Source: Takakia lepidozioides (taxonomy: Eukaryota > Plantae > Bryophyta). From it: a DNA stretch of 64,000 nucleotides. Both the position numbers and the translations under genes were made by a program. The DNA lies in NCBI GenBank assembly GCA_030704615.1, contig CM060731.1, forward strand, positions 85,064,001 through 85,128,000. Direction: 5' to 3'. The notes below the pieces were generated by a model. That model made no database searches and was not told the origin of the DNA. It worked only from the letters and a program-made list of their open reading frames with translations. This document shows positions 1 to 13,417 of this stretch, piece after piece. How positions within the stretch are numbered: position 1 is the stretch's first letter; every line of letters begins with the position of its first letter.

Positions 1-2189
1 GTACTGGAAGAACGCGAGCGTTTGTTGAAGCTCGCAAAGTACAACATTGCCAAAGCTAGGAAACGGTATGAAAGGCAGGCGAATCGGAAGCGGAGGGAAG
101 TGAAGTTTGAGGCAGGCACAGAGGTCTGGTTGAACATCAAAATTTTCGACTACCTCCGGAAGTGAGTCCGAAGTTCGTACCTCCGTATGCGGGTCCCTTT
201 CGCATTCGGAGGGTTATGAATGAGGATGTGTATGAATTGGAGCTGCCAGCAAACAGCAAGGTGCACCCAGTATTCCATGTCTCCCTTTTGAAGCCTTACT
301 TCAAAGATGAAGCACGTCCGAATCGGCAGCAAGTGTTGCGTCCGCCACCTATGCTGTTGGATCATGAAAATGAACCTGAGTACGAGGTGGAGGCAATACT
401 TAAGTCGAGGAGGTTCAAGAACCGAGAAACAGAGTATCTCGTCAAATGGAAGGGCTATCATCTTGTGGAGGCATCTTGGGTGCGTGCCTCAGAAATGGGA
501 AACGCATCCGAGGCAGTTGCAGCGTTCGAAGGGCGACCTCAAAAGCGGAAGAAACGTTGATGGGGACATCAACCTTGGAGCGTGGGGGAGGAAATGCATG
601 CTTAGCCCGGTTTAGCTAGCTCAGGAATCCGATTGCAAAAACTTGTATTGTACAAACATTTGTTATAAAGGAAATGGGTTCCAAATATTGTGCGTCCTAT
701 TGTGTTTGGAATGGTGATGCATGGTGTGTTGGCTAGTGTGTAGAATGCATGCTAGCTTACAAAAGTGGGAGAGGTAAATTGGGTAATCGTGTGTTTGCGC
801 AGTGCCGAAATCGGGTGACTCCCATCCAGGGGCAAGGAAACTTGCGCCTTCTTTGGGAGTTCACGTGCTAGTGCGCACCTGGCGCGTGCGCGTACTATAA
901 CTGCGCTACCGAGGGGGTTGCCTTGTAGTGCGGGCTAACGCGGAAGCTACGTGCTTCCGTTCACGTACTATAATCGTGTAGCCTCGGGACGAAGTCGTAG
1001 TGCGGCTTCGACGTGTTCCCGTACCTCAGGCCAGCATTCCAAGGCGGACCCAATTGTAGTGATTGGGGCGCACGGTTGGTTCAAGGTTATCTTCCTAGTC
1101 AAAGAGGGTTCCAGGTGAACCCTTGCTCAAGGTGATGCCAAAAGCGGCATCATGAGCGATCGCAAGCAATGTTGTTGCAGTAAGGCGATTCGATCCTCGG
1201 GGAGGATCGTTCCTTGGCCTTGAAGTAGGCCAAGAAGAGTGCACTGGGAGGAGCTGGAGAGGCTCCACCCTTGGCCGGGACTTGGAGGAAGTCGGCCGAA
1301 CTAGCTAGTGGAGAGTGGAGTCAAGTGTGGGGTTTGGTTCTTTGCCATGGGACGCCATGGTACGGAAACAAACTCCTTGATGTGGGACGCCACAACTTGG
1401 ATGTTCGTTTCTACAAAATGGACAAGTCGATGAGGACATCGACTCCCTGTTGGTAGGGGTGTGTGTCGCGGCCCTTTGCCTTGAGGGCAGGGGGTCGGGA
1501 CACATGAGGGGCTGCCCCTGTGGTGGGGGCAGCGGCAGCGATAGGTATGGGGGGCTGAAGCACCCTTGAGTGCCCAAGGCACTCAAGGAGGCGGAGGCGC
1601 TCACTAGGTGGAGCCCCGCACACCGGGTTGCGGTGGAGGTGGCTCCACAAGGGGTGGTGGTAGCTTAGTGGGACTTAGTGGGGGTGGCATAGGACTCACC
1701 ATGGGGTGGAGACCTCGAGGTGGGAGTCGTGGGGAGTCTTGGGACTCATCACGGTCCATTGGGGCCGCGGTGAGTGGGCCAAGACTCACCGCGACTCACC
1801 ACCGGGAGTCGAGGGTTTTCGTGGTGGTTCGCCATAAAATGGCATGGCTGGTTATGAAACCCCCGCGGACAGCTACAGAAGTATATATAGGGAGTAGTAA
1901 CCCCGAGAACGGTGCAAGCCCGTTGGTGACCAAAAACTAGTGAGTAAGCGAGCGAGCCGGAAAGCGACCAAAGAGTGGGGAGCTGTTCCGGACTGCCATC
2001 TACCAAAGGGAATTCTCCTAGTCCCAAAGAGGTGGAGGGTTTAGAAGGAAGCGAAGGGGGGACCGTTATGTCCCGGTGAGCAGCCGAAGCTCCAAGTTGG
2101 CCCGGGCGGCCAGGTTGGGAGTCAGGCGCGCGCATCAAAGCGAGTAACTATGACTTGAAGGGGAGCTTACCGGAGTGAGGTGCGCGACA
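1..2189 (+). mobile_element. Ty3/Gypsy chromovirus (family A), 3' part: integrase C-terminus and chromodomain (to 560), ~900-bp 3' UTR, PPT, 3' LTR 1464-2189
   Basis: ORF 162-560 has the GPF/Y integrase tail and chromodomain YEVEAIL...YLVKWKGY...SW. The LTR is bounded by TGTCGCG...CGCGACA. The segment is near-identical to 54581-56768. Confidence 0.95.
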
Positions 2190-4399
2190 GAACCGGTAGT
2201 AGCGGCGGTATTGGAAGAACGCGAGCGTTTGTTGAAGCTCGCAAAGTACAACATTGCCAAAGCTAGGAAACAGTATGAAAGGCAGGCGAATCGGAAGCGG
2301 AGGGAAGTGAAGTTTGAGGCAGGTACAGAGGTCTGGTTGAACATCAATAATTTCCGACTACCTCCAGAAGTGAGTCCGAAGTTTGTACCTCCGTATGCGG
2401 GACCCTTTCGCATTCGGAAGGTTATGAATGAGGATGTGTATGAATTGGAGCTGTCGGCAAACAGTAAGGTGCACCCAGTATTCCATGTATCCCTTTTGAA
2501 GCCTTACTTCAAAGATGAAGCGCGTCCGAATCGGCATCAAGTGTTGCGTCCACCACCTATGCTGTTGGATCATGAAAATGAACCTGAGTACGAGGTGGAG
2601 GCAATACTTAAGTCGAGGAGGTTCAGGAACCGAGAAACGGAGTATCTCGTCAAATGGAAGGGCTATCATCATGTGGAGGCATCTTGGGTGCGTGCCTCAT
2701 AAATGGGAAACGCATCCGAGGCGGTTGCAGCTTTCGAAGGGCGACCTCAAAAGCGGAAGAAGCGTTGATGGGGACATCAACCTTGGAGCGTGGGGGAGGA
2801 AATGCATGCTTAGCCCGGCTTAGCTAGCTCAGGAATCCAATTGCAAAAAACTTGTATTGTACAAAATTTGCTTTAAATGAAATGTTTCAAAATGTTGTGC
2901 TTCCTATTTTGTTTGGAATGGCGATGCATGGTATGGTTGGCTAGTGTGTAGAAGGCATGCTAGCTTACAAAAGCGGGAGAGGTAAATTGGGTTAATCGTG
3001 TGTTTGCGCAGTGCCGAAATCGGGTGATTCCCATCCAAGGGGCAAGGAAACTTGCGCCTTCTTTGGGAGTTCACGTACTAGTGCGCACCTGGCGCGTGCG
3101 CGTACTATAACTGCGCTACCGAGGGGGTTGCCTTGTAGTGCGGGCTAACGCGGAAGCTACGTGCTTCCATTCACGTACTATAATCGTGTAGCCTCGGGAC
3201 GAAGTCGTAGTGCGGCTTCGGCGTGTTCCCGTACTTCAGGCCAGCATTCCAAGGCGGACCCAATTGTAGTGATTGGGGCGCACGGTTGGTTCAAGGTTAT
3301 CTTCCTAGTCAAAGAGGGTTCCAGGTGAACCCTTGCTCAAGGTGATGCCAAAAGCGGCATCATGAGCGTCGTAAGCAATGTTGTTGCAGTAAGGCGATTC
3401 GATCCTCGGGGAGGATCATTCCTTGGCCTTGAAGTAGGCCAAGAAGAGTGCACTGGGAGGAGCTGGAGAGGCTCCACCCTTGGCCGGGACTTGGAGGAAG
3501 TCGGCCGAACTAGCTAGTGGAGAGTAGAGTCAAGTGTGGGGTTTGGTTCTTTGCCATGGGACGCCATGGTACGGAAACAAACTCCTTAATGTGGGACGCC
3601 ACAACTTGGATGTTCGTTTCTACAAAATGGACAAGTCGATGAGGACATCGACTCCCTGTTGGTAGGGGTGTGTGTCGCGGCCCTTTGCCTTGAGGGCAGG
3701 GGGGGTCGGGACACAAGAGGGGCTGCCCCTGTGGGGGGGCAGTAGCAGCGATAGGTACGGGGGCTGAAGCACCCTTGAGTGCCCAAGGCACTCAAGGAGG
3801 CGGAGGCGCTCACTAGGTGGAGCCCCGCACACCGGGTTGCGGTGGGGGTGGCTCCACAAGGGGTGGTGGTAGCTTAGCGGGACTTAGTGGGGGTGACATA
3901 GGACTCACCATGGGGCGGAGACCTCGTGGTGGGAGTCGTGGGGAGTCTTGGGACTCATCACGGTCCATAGGGGCCGTGGTGAGTGGGCCAAGACTCACCG
4001 CGACTCATCACTGGGAGTCGAGGGTTTTCGTGGTGGTTCGCCATAAAATGGCATGGCTGGTTGTGAAACCCCCGCGGACAGCTACAGAAGTATATATAAG
4101 GGGAGTAGTGACCCCGAGAACGGTGCAAGCCCGTTGGTGACCAAAAACTAGTGAGTAAGCGAGCGAGCCGGAAAGCGACCAAAGAGTGGGGAGCTGTTCC
4201 GGACTGCCATCTACCAAAGGGAATTCTCCTAGTCCCAAATAGGTGGAGGGTTTAGTGGGAAGCGAGGGGGGACCGTTATGTCCCGGTGAGCAGCCGAAGC
4301 TCCAAGTTGGCCCGGGCGGCCAGGTTGGGAGTCAGGCGCGCGCATCAAAGCGAGTAACTATGACTTGAAGGGGAGCTTACCGAAGTGAGGTGCGCGACA
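2190..4399 (+). mobile_element. Second family-A chromovirus 3' part (host of the copy to its left); 3' LTR 3673-4399
   Basis: Starts abruptly inside integrase (GAACCGGTAGTAGCG, equivalent to ~54564) right after the CA of the previous LTR. It repeats chromodomain, UTR and LTR, and has a premature stop at 2700-2702. Confidence 0.93.
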
Positions 4400-4673
4400 G
4401 AGAGGGAGTGTGTTGAGGGCTTTGTAGGGTGGATTCCTTTAGCAAATGTGCCCTTGGCTTGACTTAGTTTATGTGATAGAGTGGATTTCACTTGGAAGGA
4501 CTAGGGCTTGTTCTTCATGTGATTGCTTCATGCTTTGAGAACTTTCATTGTCTTCTACTTCTCTCATTTATCATCTCTTATCATTGTGGTATAGCTTTCT
4601 AGGATTGTGTGCTTAGATTGTGTGGTGGACAGCGATGTATGTTGTGGCACGATGCTTAGGTGCACGACACTAA
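4400..4673 (+). mobile_element. Fragment of a different LTR-like sequence (related to family B)
   Basis: GTAGGGTGGATTCC...CTTGGCTTGACTT resembles GTAGTGTGGATTCC...CTTGGCTTGACTT at ~63303-63346. Confidence 0.45.
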
Positions 4674-5757
4674 CTTTGGCAATGTTGTACTTTGCGAGCT
4701 TCAACAAACGCTCGCGTTCTTCCAATACCGCCGCTACTACCGGTTCCTCAACGTCCTGGGCGGCCCAACTTGTCGGCACCAGAGGTGCTTTTCCATAGAC
4801 CAATACGAAAGGGGAAACTCCCGTTGCGGAGTGTTTTGTGTTATTATAACAGAACTCTGTCGCGTCCAAGTGCTCCACCCAGTCCGATTGGTCTGTCGCC
4901 ACGTAATTTCGCAAGATCTGCTTCACCACGGAATTCACCCTTTCCGTTTAGCCGTCCATCGTAGGTCGGAAGGCGGTGCTCATCTTGAGCCTCGTCCCCA
5001 TTTTCTTCCAGAGTGCCCTCCAAAATTTACTTGTAAACTTTGGATCGCGGTCCGAGACAATATCCTTCGGGAGTCCATGATGCTTGAAGACGTGGGCGAA
5101 GTAAAGTCGTCCCGTCTCCTGTGCCATTGCCGTCTCCTTGGTGGGAATGAAATAGCCCATTTTTACTGAACCTATCCACCACCACCATGATTGCATCGAA
5201 TCCTTTTGACAGCGGCACGGCAGTCATGAAATCCATCAAGACACTTTCCCAAGACCCCTCTGGAATCGGCAAGGGTTGTAACAGTCCCGCTTGCTTTTTG
5301 TACTCGCTCCAGTTTTGTTGGCATGTGGTGCATGTCTTGACATACTCATCGGCCTCCTCCCTCAGTTTGGGCCAGAAATACTCTTTCTTCAGGAGTGCCG
5401 CGGTGCGCTTGACTCCGCCGTGGCCCGCAAGCAGGCCATCATGGCATTCTCTCAAGAGACTATCTCTGATCCCTCCCTTCGGCACATAGAGACGCTTTTG
5501 CTTATACCGGAGCAGTCCTTTTGTAAGTGAAACTGCGATTTAACCCCCATCCTTAAGTCCCGCATCACGGACTTCGCCATCTCATCCTTCTGGTAAGCCT
5601 TTTGGATCTTTCTTTGGAGCGCTGTCTCGCCCTTGTACACCAACATGAGCTGCTGCTTTCTACTTAAGGCATCGGCCACCACATGGTCCCGTCCCGGTTT
5701 GTACTGGATATCCACGTCAAACACCGCCAAAGTGTCTTATCACCTAAGTTGTTTTGC
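4674..5757 (-). pseudogene. Inverted family-A pol fragment (end of RNase H, HHCC zinc finger and integrase core)
   Basis: Minus-strand ORFs 4564-4938, 5027-5485 and 5452-5730 match 53552-54634 of the complete copy, with frameshifts. Confidence 0.93.
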
Positions 5758-6063
5758 CCCCACACATGCATGCTTGACTGTGTGCCATGTTGGTTTTGTG
5801 TGGGCGTTTGCTTTCATAGGGATTAGGCCGGATTTGACCACAGGTCAATCCTAGAGTATGTTGTCGGTGGTGAGGCTGGAGCGATGACCAGCAAGACCAC
5901 CAATGTTTCTCTATGGTAAGGTTGGGTTGATGACCAACCAACCATAGGAGTTCTTGCAGTGGGCGCAGGTGCAGGTGCCCTTAGCCATTGGGATATGATC
6001 CTTGAGCCACAATAGATGCCCACCCGTGTCAATTTTAGAGCTACCTGTAGAGCCTTATAGTGT

Positions 6064-6745
6064 CACGTGGGGGAGGTGCGGGTTGTGAGTGTCATCACGG
6101 AGTTATCCAAGGGTTCTGAGGGGAGTGCGGCTACAAGCAGTAGCAGTGGCAGTGAGTTCATGAGGCGAGGGGTTCAATTCAGACCACCTTCACCTTCACC
6201 TCCACCTTCATCTCGTGCAGAGTCTGACACAGACTTGGAGGCTTCATCAACAGGTGTGCAGTTTCCTTTGTCATTGTTGTAGGACGACATGGAGGGGATG
6301 TATGGAGCTACCAAGGGGCCTTGTAGGTACTCTGGAGTTATGGGCACAATTGAGCTGGATGACTTTATCCAGGAGTTTGACAGCTGGTGTGATTTGTAGC
6401 AGATGCGCAATCCACAACTGTTCATCCCATTCATGGCGTAGAAGAGACTGTTCCAGCATTTGGAAGACTCATCTATGGACGATTACCACGAGTTCAGGCG
6501 AGGACATGAAGCAGAGATTGAGGAGTGGAGGATGTATTGGTCACATGACTATGTCTCCATTACTCAAGGCACGACGCGACCAGCAGCTGCATCAGCACCA
6601 ACATCTCCAACAGCAAGCACTAGTAGTGGAACAAGTTGTGCCGGTACTTCTGCAGGTGGTACCAGTTCTAAAGGTGCTACCACTCCTCCTGCCACGACTA
6701 CAACACCTGTGCCTGGATTCAACCCGGTGGTGGAGTTCTTCGATC
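6064..6745 (+). pseudogene. Degenerate gag-like ORF of a second retrotransposon family
   Basis: Reads ...IELDDFIQEFDSWCDL*QMRNPQLFIPFMA*KRLFQHLE...DDYHEFRR...FNPVVEFF. The LDDFIxEFDxW segment resembles a Gypsy gag start, there are two in-frame stops, and family-A sequence interrupts it at ~6750. Confidence 0.55.
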
Positions 6746-6749
6746 TTGG

Positions 6750-9322
6750 CGCTAGAGCAGTACTTCCGGGCGGCCAAGTTGAGTGACGAGGATCGGGTGG
6801 AAGTGGCTCCCACCTATTTGAGGGGCTATGCTCAACAATGGTGGCAGAAACGCTTCACGACCGAGGTCCAAACCCGGAAACCTTGAACTGGAGTGGGTTC
6901 AAGGAACTTATGAAAAGATAGTTTGTGCCCATCAACGCGTCCTGGCTCGCCCGGGACAAGATGAGGAATTTGAAGCAAACGGATGACATTTGGGGATATG
7001 TTCAGGCTTTCAATATGTTGTTGCTCGAAGTCGCGGACATGGCAGAACCAGAAATGGTCTTCAACTTTGTGGCGGGACTGGCCCCATGGGCCAGGCGGAA
7101 GTTGGAGGAGAAGCCACCTAAGACTTTGAACGAGGCAATTGAGAGGGCTGAATGTTTCTCGGATGTCCCTAGGGGCGAGAGACAAGGCCGTACGGAGCTA
7201 AACCACAAGAAGGCCCGGCGGGAGGGTGACTCTTTCCAACCAGAAAAGAAATGGGATAGGCCACGCGGCGACAATGGCACGTGGAAATCGAAGGGAGGGC
7301 CTTCACACGTCAAGGCGGCACCCGGAGCTCGGAAAGGAAAAGTAGGTGCGGCGGCTGATGGTGGACAGAAGGCGACCTTTGATGGAGTGTGCTTCAATTG
7401 CGGGGAGCCCGGGCACATGGCCAAGAAGTGCACGAAACCCCGACAATTGAACATGACTTGGGCGGCCACGGAGCTGTCCGAAGATTCAATCAGCCGCTTG
7501 GTGGAGGCGGTGGTCGCCAAGACTTGCAAGGTAGGCAACTACTCTTGTGAGTTGTATCAGGAAACTGGCGCCTTGCGTAAAGGAAGTTAGTTAATGTTCG
7601 TGGATGGGATAATTTCCGGAACTAACGTGTCGTTGTTGGTGGACACAGGAGCATCGCACTCCATCATGACACCGGCAATGGCACGGAAGCTGGGGCTCCC
7701 AACAACTGACGTGGGGGCCTCTATTGAGGTGCATTCTGCCAAAGGAGAACCACAATTGGTGACGAGGTTGGTGTTCGATGTTCCTCTTCAACTGGGGAGT
7801 TGGGAGGGACGTGAGAACTTCACCATTTGCGAGATCGATGGAGTGGATCTCATTTTGGAGATAACCTTTTCGAGCAAATCCGGAGCGGTCATAGATAGCC
7901 GCAAGAGAGTAGTCACGTTGCCGTGTGAGAATGGTGGCAAAGTCTTACGAGTGTCGGAAATGCCCAAACCCATGGGAGGGCGAATAAACCTTCTGTCAGT
8001 AAGGGAGTGGGCCGTAAAGGAGCCACACGAGCCCCAATTTTTGCTTTACGTAAGACAAGTGAAGGGAGAAGGCGATAGGGAGCCGAGCCCAGATTGGATC
8101 AAGGGGATCTTGGAGAAATACCAGGATGTGATGCCGAAGGATTTACCAAGCGGCTTGCCACCGCGAAGGGGAGTTGACCACAAGATTGAGGTGATACCGG
8201 GATTGGAGCCGCCTGCCAAGGCGCCCTACCGGTTAAGCCATAGAGAGTTGGTCGAGCTGAAGACTTAGCTCAATGATCTAATGTCAAAGGAGTATATCCG
8301 GCCGAGTAAGTCACCTTACGGAGCCCCGGTGCTATTTGTAAACAAGAAGGATGGGACGTTGCGGATGTGTGTCGATTACAGGGCTCTGAATAAGGTGACT
8401 ATAAAAAACCGGTACCCTTTGCCAAGGATCGACGACCTTTTCGATCGGTTGGCAGGAGCGAAGTATTTCAGCTGGATCGATTTGCGCTCCGGCTATCATC
8501 AAATTCGGGTGGCGGAAGGAGATGAGGAGAAAACCGCGTGCAGGACAAGGTATGGTTCATATGAGTTCTTGGTGATGCCTTTTGGGCTCACCAACGCACC
8601 CGCGACCTTTAGCACGCTGATGAACAGCCTTTTCCAGGAGTGGCTGGATGACTTTGTGATTGTGTACATCAACGACATCTTGGTGTACTCGAAAACAAAG
8701 GAGGAGCACCTGGAGCATCTCAAAAGGGTGTTCCAAAAATTGCGGGAAGGGAAGCTGTATGGCAAAGCTTCAAAGTGCGAATTCGGGGTCATAAAAGTGG
8801 AGTTCCTAGGGCATGTGATTACACAGGATGGGATCAAATGGATGACAGAAAGGTGAGGGTGATCTTGGATTGAGAGCCTCCGACTTCGGTCCCGGGAGTG
8901 CGATCCTTCCTAGGACTCGCCTCCTATTACCGAAAGTATGTGAGAAATTTTGCCAAGATCGCGGGGCCGCTGTCAGACCTTTTGTGTAAATCCAAGGTAT
9001 GGGTATAGAACACCTTTTGTGGCCAAGCTTTTGCCGAGTTGAAGCAGCAGATGGCGGAAGCTCCAGTCTTGAAAATCCCGGAGTTCGACCGTCCGTTCGA
9101 GATTCATACAGATGCGTCGGACTTCGCGATTGGGGGTGTACTTATGCAAGATGGACGTCCAATGGCTTACGAAAGTAAGAAATTGAATGAAGTGAAACGA
9201 CGGAGGCCAACGCACGAGAAAGAGATGAAGGCGGTGATGCATTGCCTTGAGTTTTGGCGCCACTATGTTGGTTCCAACCCGGTGAAGGTATTCACGGACA
9301 ATGTCACGGTGAAGTATTTTGC
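6750..9322 (+). pseudogene. Family-A internal fragment: gag (CCHC knuckle), aspartic protease (DTGA), RT, RNase H
   Basis: Matches ~50960-53533. Stops at 6919, 7588 and 8266, and RT YIDD is mutated to YIND. Confidence 0.95.
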
Positions 9323-9679
9323 TTGGATGCTGATGTAAGAGCAGGTGGAGTACGACATGCATGCCCTCACTGTATAGGGAATAAGTTTTCTTGTTGTAGT
9401 GTTGCTGATGGGCAGTCAGAATGTGAGTGTGCATACGTCATGAGGGTTAGGCCAAGTCCAAGGGCTTTAATCTTGACTCATCTTGGCAGGCACTGAAGAG
9501 GACAGATTCCGAGCTGGTGATCACTATCCCTCCAGCAGGGCAGGCTCTGTTTGACAGGCTCTGTTCTATAGCAGTCTTAGGACATGTGATACTTGAGCAC
9601 ATTGTTCAATCAAAACATGATGCTGTAAACCTGAGATCCAGTTCTTGGAAGTGCATTTTGAATGACAGAGGTATGGTGT

Positions 9680-9989
9680 GGGAAAAAATACGCGGGGGAA
9701 GATTAAAGGAAAACCTCAAGGGGAAAGGTATAGAGGAAAAACCAATTCCGCAAACGGAAAAATCTCAATAGGGGAAAGGTGCATTGGGGAAAACTAAATA
9801 CACCAGGGAAAAATCCAAATAGGGAAAATGCAGTGGGAAAAATTAAATACACCGGGGAAAATCAGGAAGGGAAAATCAACGGGGTAATTGTTTCCAGTGA
9901 GATCGGCGGAAAGTACACAAACATTTCCACTGTTGCACAGTTCCCTCTGACGTATAAATGAATGTCTAAGGGCATTTTGCCCTTTTCCC
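9680..9989 (-). repeat. GGGAAAA-rich stretch ending in a possible Mutator-type TIR end
   Basis: Many GG(G)AAAA motifs. The right end reads GGGAAAAGGGCAAAATGCCC on the minus strand. No partner TIR was seen. Confidence 0.35.
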
Positions 9990-11766
9990 ATGAGGGGATC
10001 GTTCTAAAGCTCCTTGTGTATATGCAACCAGAGGAAAAAAACGGGTTACTCTACCACCCAGTGTTTTACATATTCAAAATGACTAACGTAGGCCAGAAAA
10101 TTGACTTTCAAGCATCAGTTCATGGTTTGAAAGCATCAGATATCTTCCAAAATAAAAGTCTGTTGAGTCACTGCTGGTGCCCCATGCCACTCGCAAGGCC
10201 TCCAAAGACAATTAGAGAAAAGACATGTATGACGACCAGAGGGAGAAAGCGCAGGTAAAGACGCTAACGTGCATGTTTCTCTCAATGATTCAAGGATGAA
10301 GAGAGGAAAATAAACTCTCTTAGCACACAGTTCAATCCAGTCTCCAAATAGGAATAATGCATTCCATCCCTGCATGATATTCATGACAAATTGTTCAAAA
10401 TTTATACCTGCATGGGTATAGTAAACAAGCTATGAATTAAAGGGGAAACAACTAAACTACATTATCTACCTCATGTTAATGAGCTTCTCCACATTTAGTT
10501 CACATTTCTTCCAAATTTACATTTTATCCAAATGAATTAGACACTAAACCTTTTGTTATCTAACATCTAGGGTGGATAGGTATAGCGAGCACTAACCAGT
10601 ATAAAATTGGGCAACTTGCTGACAAGGTCAAAATATTGGTCAATGTTCTTGGAATGCCAGTGCTCATACACAGAGCATGCCGTCCATGATAGATCCGTGT
10701 TTGAAGTTGACTAGTGCTTACAAACAGGGAGTAACACCATTTGATCCCTGCTTCAGGACTAGCTTCTTTGCAAGCACAAAGATCATAATTCCAGCAAATA
10801 GTTAGATATTAATGAGGCTCTTATTAAGGAATAGATAATTTTGCGAGCTTACTTTAAGAGAAACATAATCGCCTTAGTCAGGCAGCAGTATTGTACAATT
10901 GACAAAAAATGAATCACCCTAAAGCAGAGAAGATAAGCTTCAAACTAAACTAGGGTTCTCCATAGCCATGATCTACTATAGAAGTGCTACAGAATTGGAA
11001 GATGAATTGCTAACAAACATTCTATATATAATATATTCACAATCTATCAAAGGCAGGTGGGTATCTCTAATTTTTATACACATTTGTGGCCTATTTCTTT
11101 TTCATTAGCTATACTGCCAAGCAGAGGCAACCCAAATTATGCAACAAGAGAAATTTTAGAGTTTTTCATTAATTGAGATTACTTGACAATCCATTTGTTA
11201 TTAATATCAATATTTTATCCCAATTTTACACTTCTTTTCTAGCAATGAGAGCATAACCCTTGAAAATGCCACATTTTAGCTGTGTTGTATGGGTAGACTC
11301 TTTTGCGTAGCAAAAGTTTTGGGATATTGAGCAGTTAATCCAGAATGCCATAAGATTGGCTCAAGTAGATTACCTCATATAACCTACAATAGAACTGATC
11401 TACTAAAACTTAACTCGGGAGCACTCTGGAACACGTCCTCACAATGTGAACAGTTTTCGTGAATTTGTTAACAAATGGATCCATAGAAATCTCATAACTA
11501 AATTGCTCATGTGAGATAGTAGGGTTACCAGATTCTTCCACCCGTAGCAAATGTGAGCACTACAAAGTCCTCAATTCGGCAAAGAATTGCGGGGTGTCAA
11601 TTTGCTTGCAATGCCTTTCACAATGTGACCCTGAAATGATGGGATAAATTCATCAGGAATGGCTATGCAGAGCCATGAAAGAACCCCACAAGCCAAAGAA
11701 CTACTAACATAAATAAACTCTCCTCGGAGTCTAGAGATCACACAGTCGACATCATTTAATCGAGAG

Positions 11767-13417
11767 CTAATGTCTTCCTAATAACTTCATGTATGGTGTT
11801 AGTGGGCATACTGATCCACTGCGGTCACTGTTCGGAGTGGCCCTGGGGCTGGACGAGTCCCTCTCACTTGGCTTCATGCTTCTTGTCTGTTCCCAAATTA
11901 CAACCCCAACCATATGCATAAACACAATCAAATATATATCAAAGACATTTCTTATTTTGAGGATTGATACATGTATCGTAATTTCCTTAGCTCTACAATC
12001 TCTTAAAGGGCGATGTGATGAGAAGGAAAAAAAAGAAAAACACAAGATGATTCATGGCTGTACAAAGTTTAAGACTCACAGTCATGCACCCCGAGAGACG
12101 TTGGTTCCTGCATTCAAGGTGGTGGTTCTTCGCCCTAAGGCGTCCAATCTCACGATTCTCACTTCCAATTTCGCTATTCACATTCTTCAATCTATTTACC
12201 ACTTTCTGTAACCTGCGAATCTCCCCGGCAAACACATCTCTCTCAACTTCTACCTCCTGCACACGAAGGTAGAAATAGTAACAATGTGAGATTGCAGATA
12301 ACGGGTGCCCTGTACAAAACTGATAAATCTATTGGTTCGAGGCATGCCCCCCTTCTTTTCTGCTGGCCTGAGAGCTTACTCGCATTCTAGTGAGACGAAT
12401 GTCCCTGCGAAGCTGATAGAGTTCCTCCCGTTGTGATTCGCAAGTGTCCTCCAAATCGTCCAGCATCACCTTGAGTCCTGTATTCATCCTTTGGAATCAT
12501 GCTAAATGTATGGTATATCCAATCATAACATTGCAAGTCTATCTCTCCCAATATTACCGTGTAATTCATCACTGTGCAGGTTGTCTGATCCTCTAGATAT
12601 CCTATCTACAATCGCTCAGTCCATATGTGATTACATTACAAGCAAGATATGATTGTGGAATTTACCTGTTACCTTGGCACGTAATCGCCTTGGACTACCT
12701 GTTCGAGGGCCGTCTAGGTCTAGGTTCATCTCCAAATCGTCAATATCTCTCTCCAATTTTCTGCATTTGAAAGGCATGACCCAGATTGATTATAGATCAC
12801 GTGGATACATCATCTGAATGCATAATGATAGCAGAGGCTCTGCAATTGAGGGAAAAAGAGGTCACAAGAGTGTGGTCGAGCTGTCCCACATGAGAGATCA
12901 TTTGAAAGTGGGAGAAAAACATGCAAGCGGGCCACACCACTGCAAGAAACCAAACCAGACAAGAGCTCTAAAGCAAAGACCTGTTCTCCAGCTCAATATT
13001 GCCTTCATGGATCTTATGCTTTTTGAGGTGGTCTTCTTTGTAATTTAGAGCTTGCTTCAACTGTAAGATCTCCTCAACTAAGGACTCCTTGTCGCGGCCG
13101 GTTAGTATAACTCGCCTAGCATTGGTGGGACTGATCTGACGGCGTCTAGGTGTAAACCTCCCAGGACCAGTGGATCCATTTGATGATGAATCATAAGGTG
13201 ATGAGAAATAGGGATCAGCAGTGTTTGCATTCCAGGCATTCATTTTGATGGAGAGAATTGTGGAGTGGGGGGGACCATGGCTCAATTTGGGAGACCCTGG
13301 TGTTCCTCCTCTTGTGTGTGGAGTTCCTTCGCGCGACGTGAGTCTGGGTGTGTTGCCAAGGCTACAACTGTGGATCCTGCAGGGACCTGCTACCCTGCAT
13401 CTTGGATCAGTATCCAT
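11767..13417 (-). CDS. IQCE-like coiled-coil protein, 308 aa, 5 exons (13417-12981, 12760-12666, 12477-12380, 12256-12080, 11886-11767)
   Basis: All four introns are GT-AG and phase-compatible, giving 927 nt without internal stops. The spliced protein KESLVEEILQLKQAL...ELENRKLERDIDDL...VTGLKVMLDDLEDTC...RDIRLTRMREVEVERDVFAGEIRRLQ recalls the conserved N-terminal coiled-coil of IQCE (recognised from memory). Confidence 0.8.

Noticed and set aside
1271-2138. Many short ORFs in family-A LTR/UTR copies
   Set aside because: These are GC-rich non-coding LTR sequences, and the frames are not conserved between copies.
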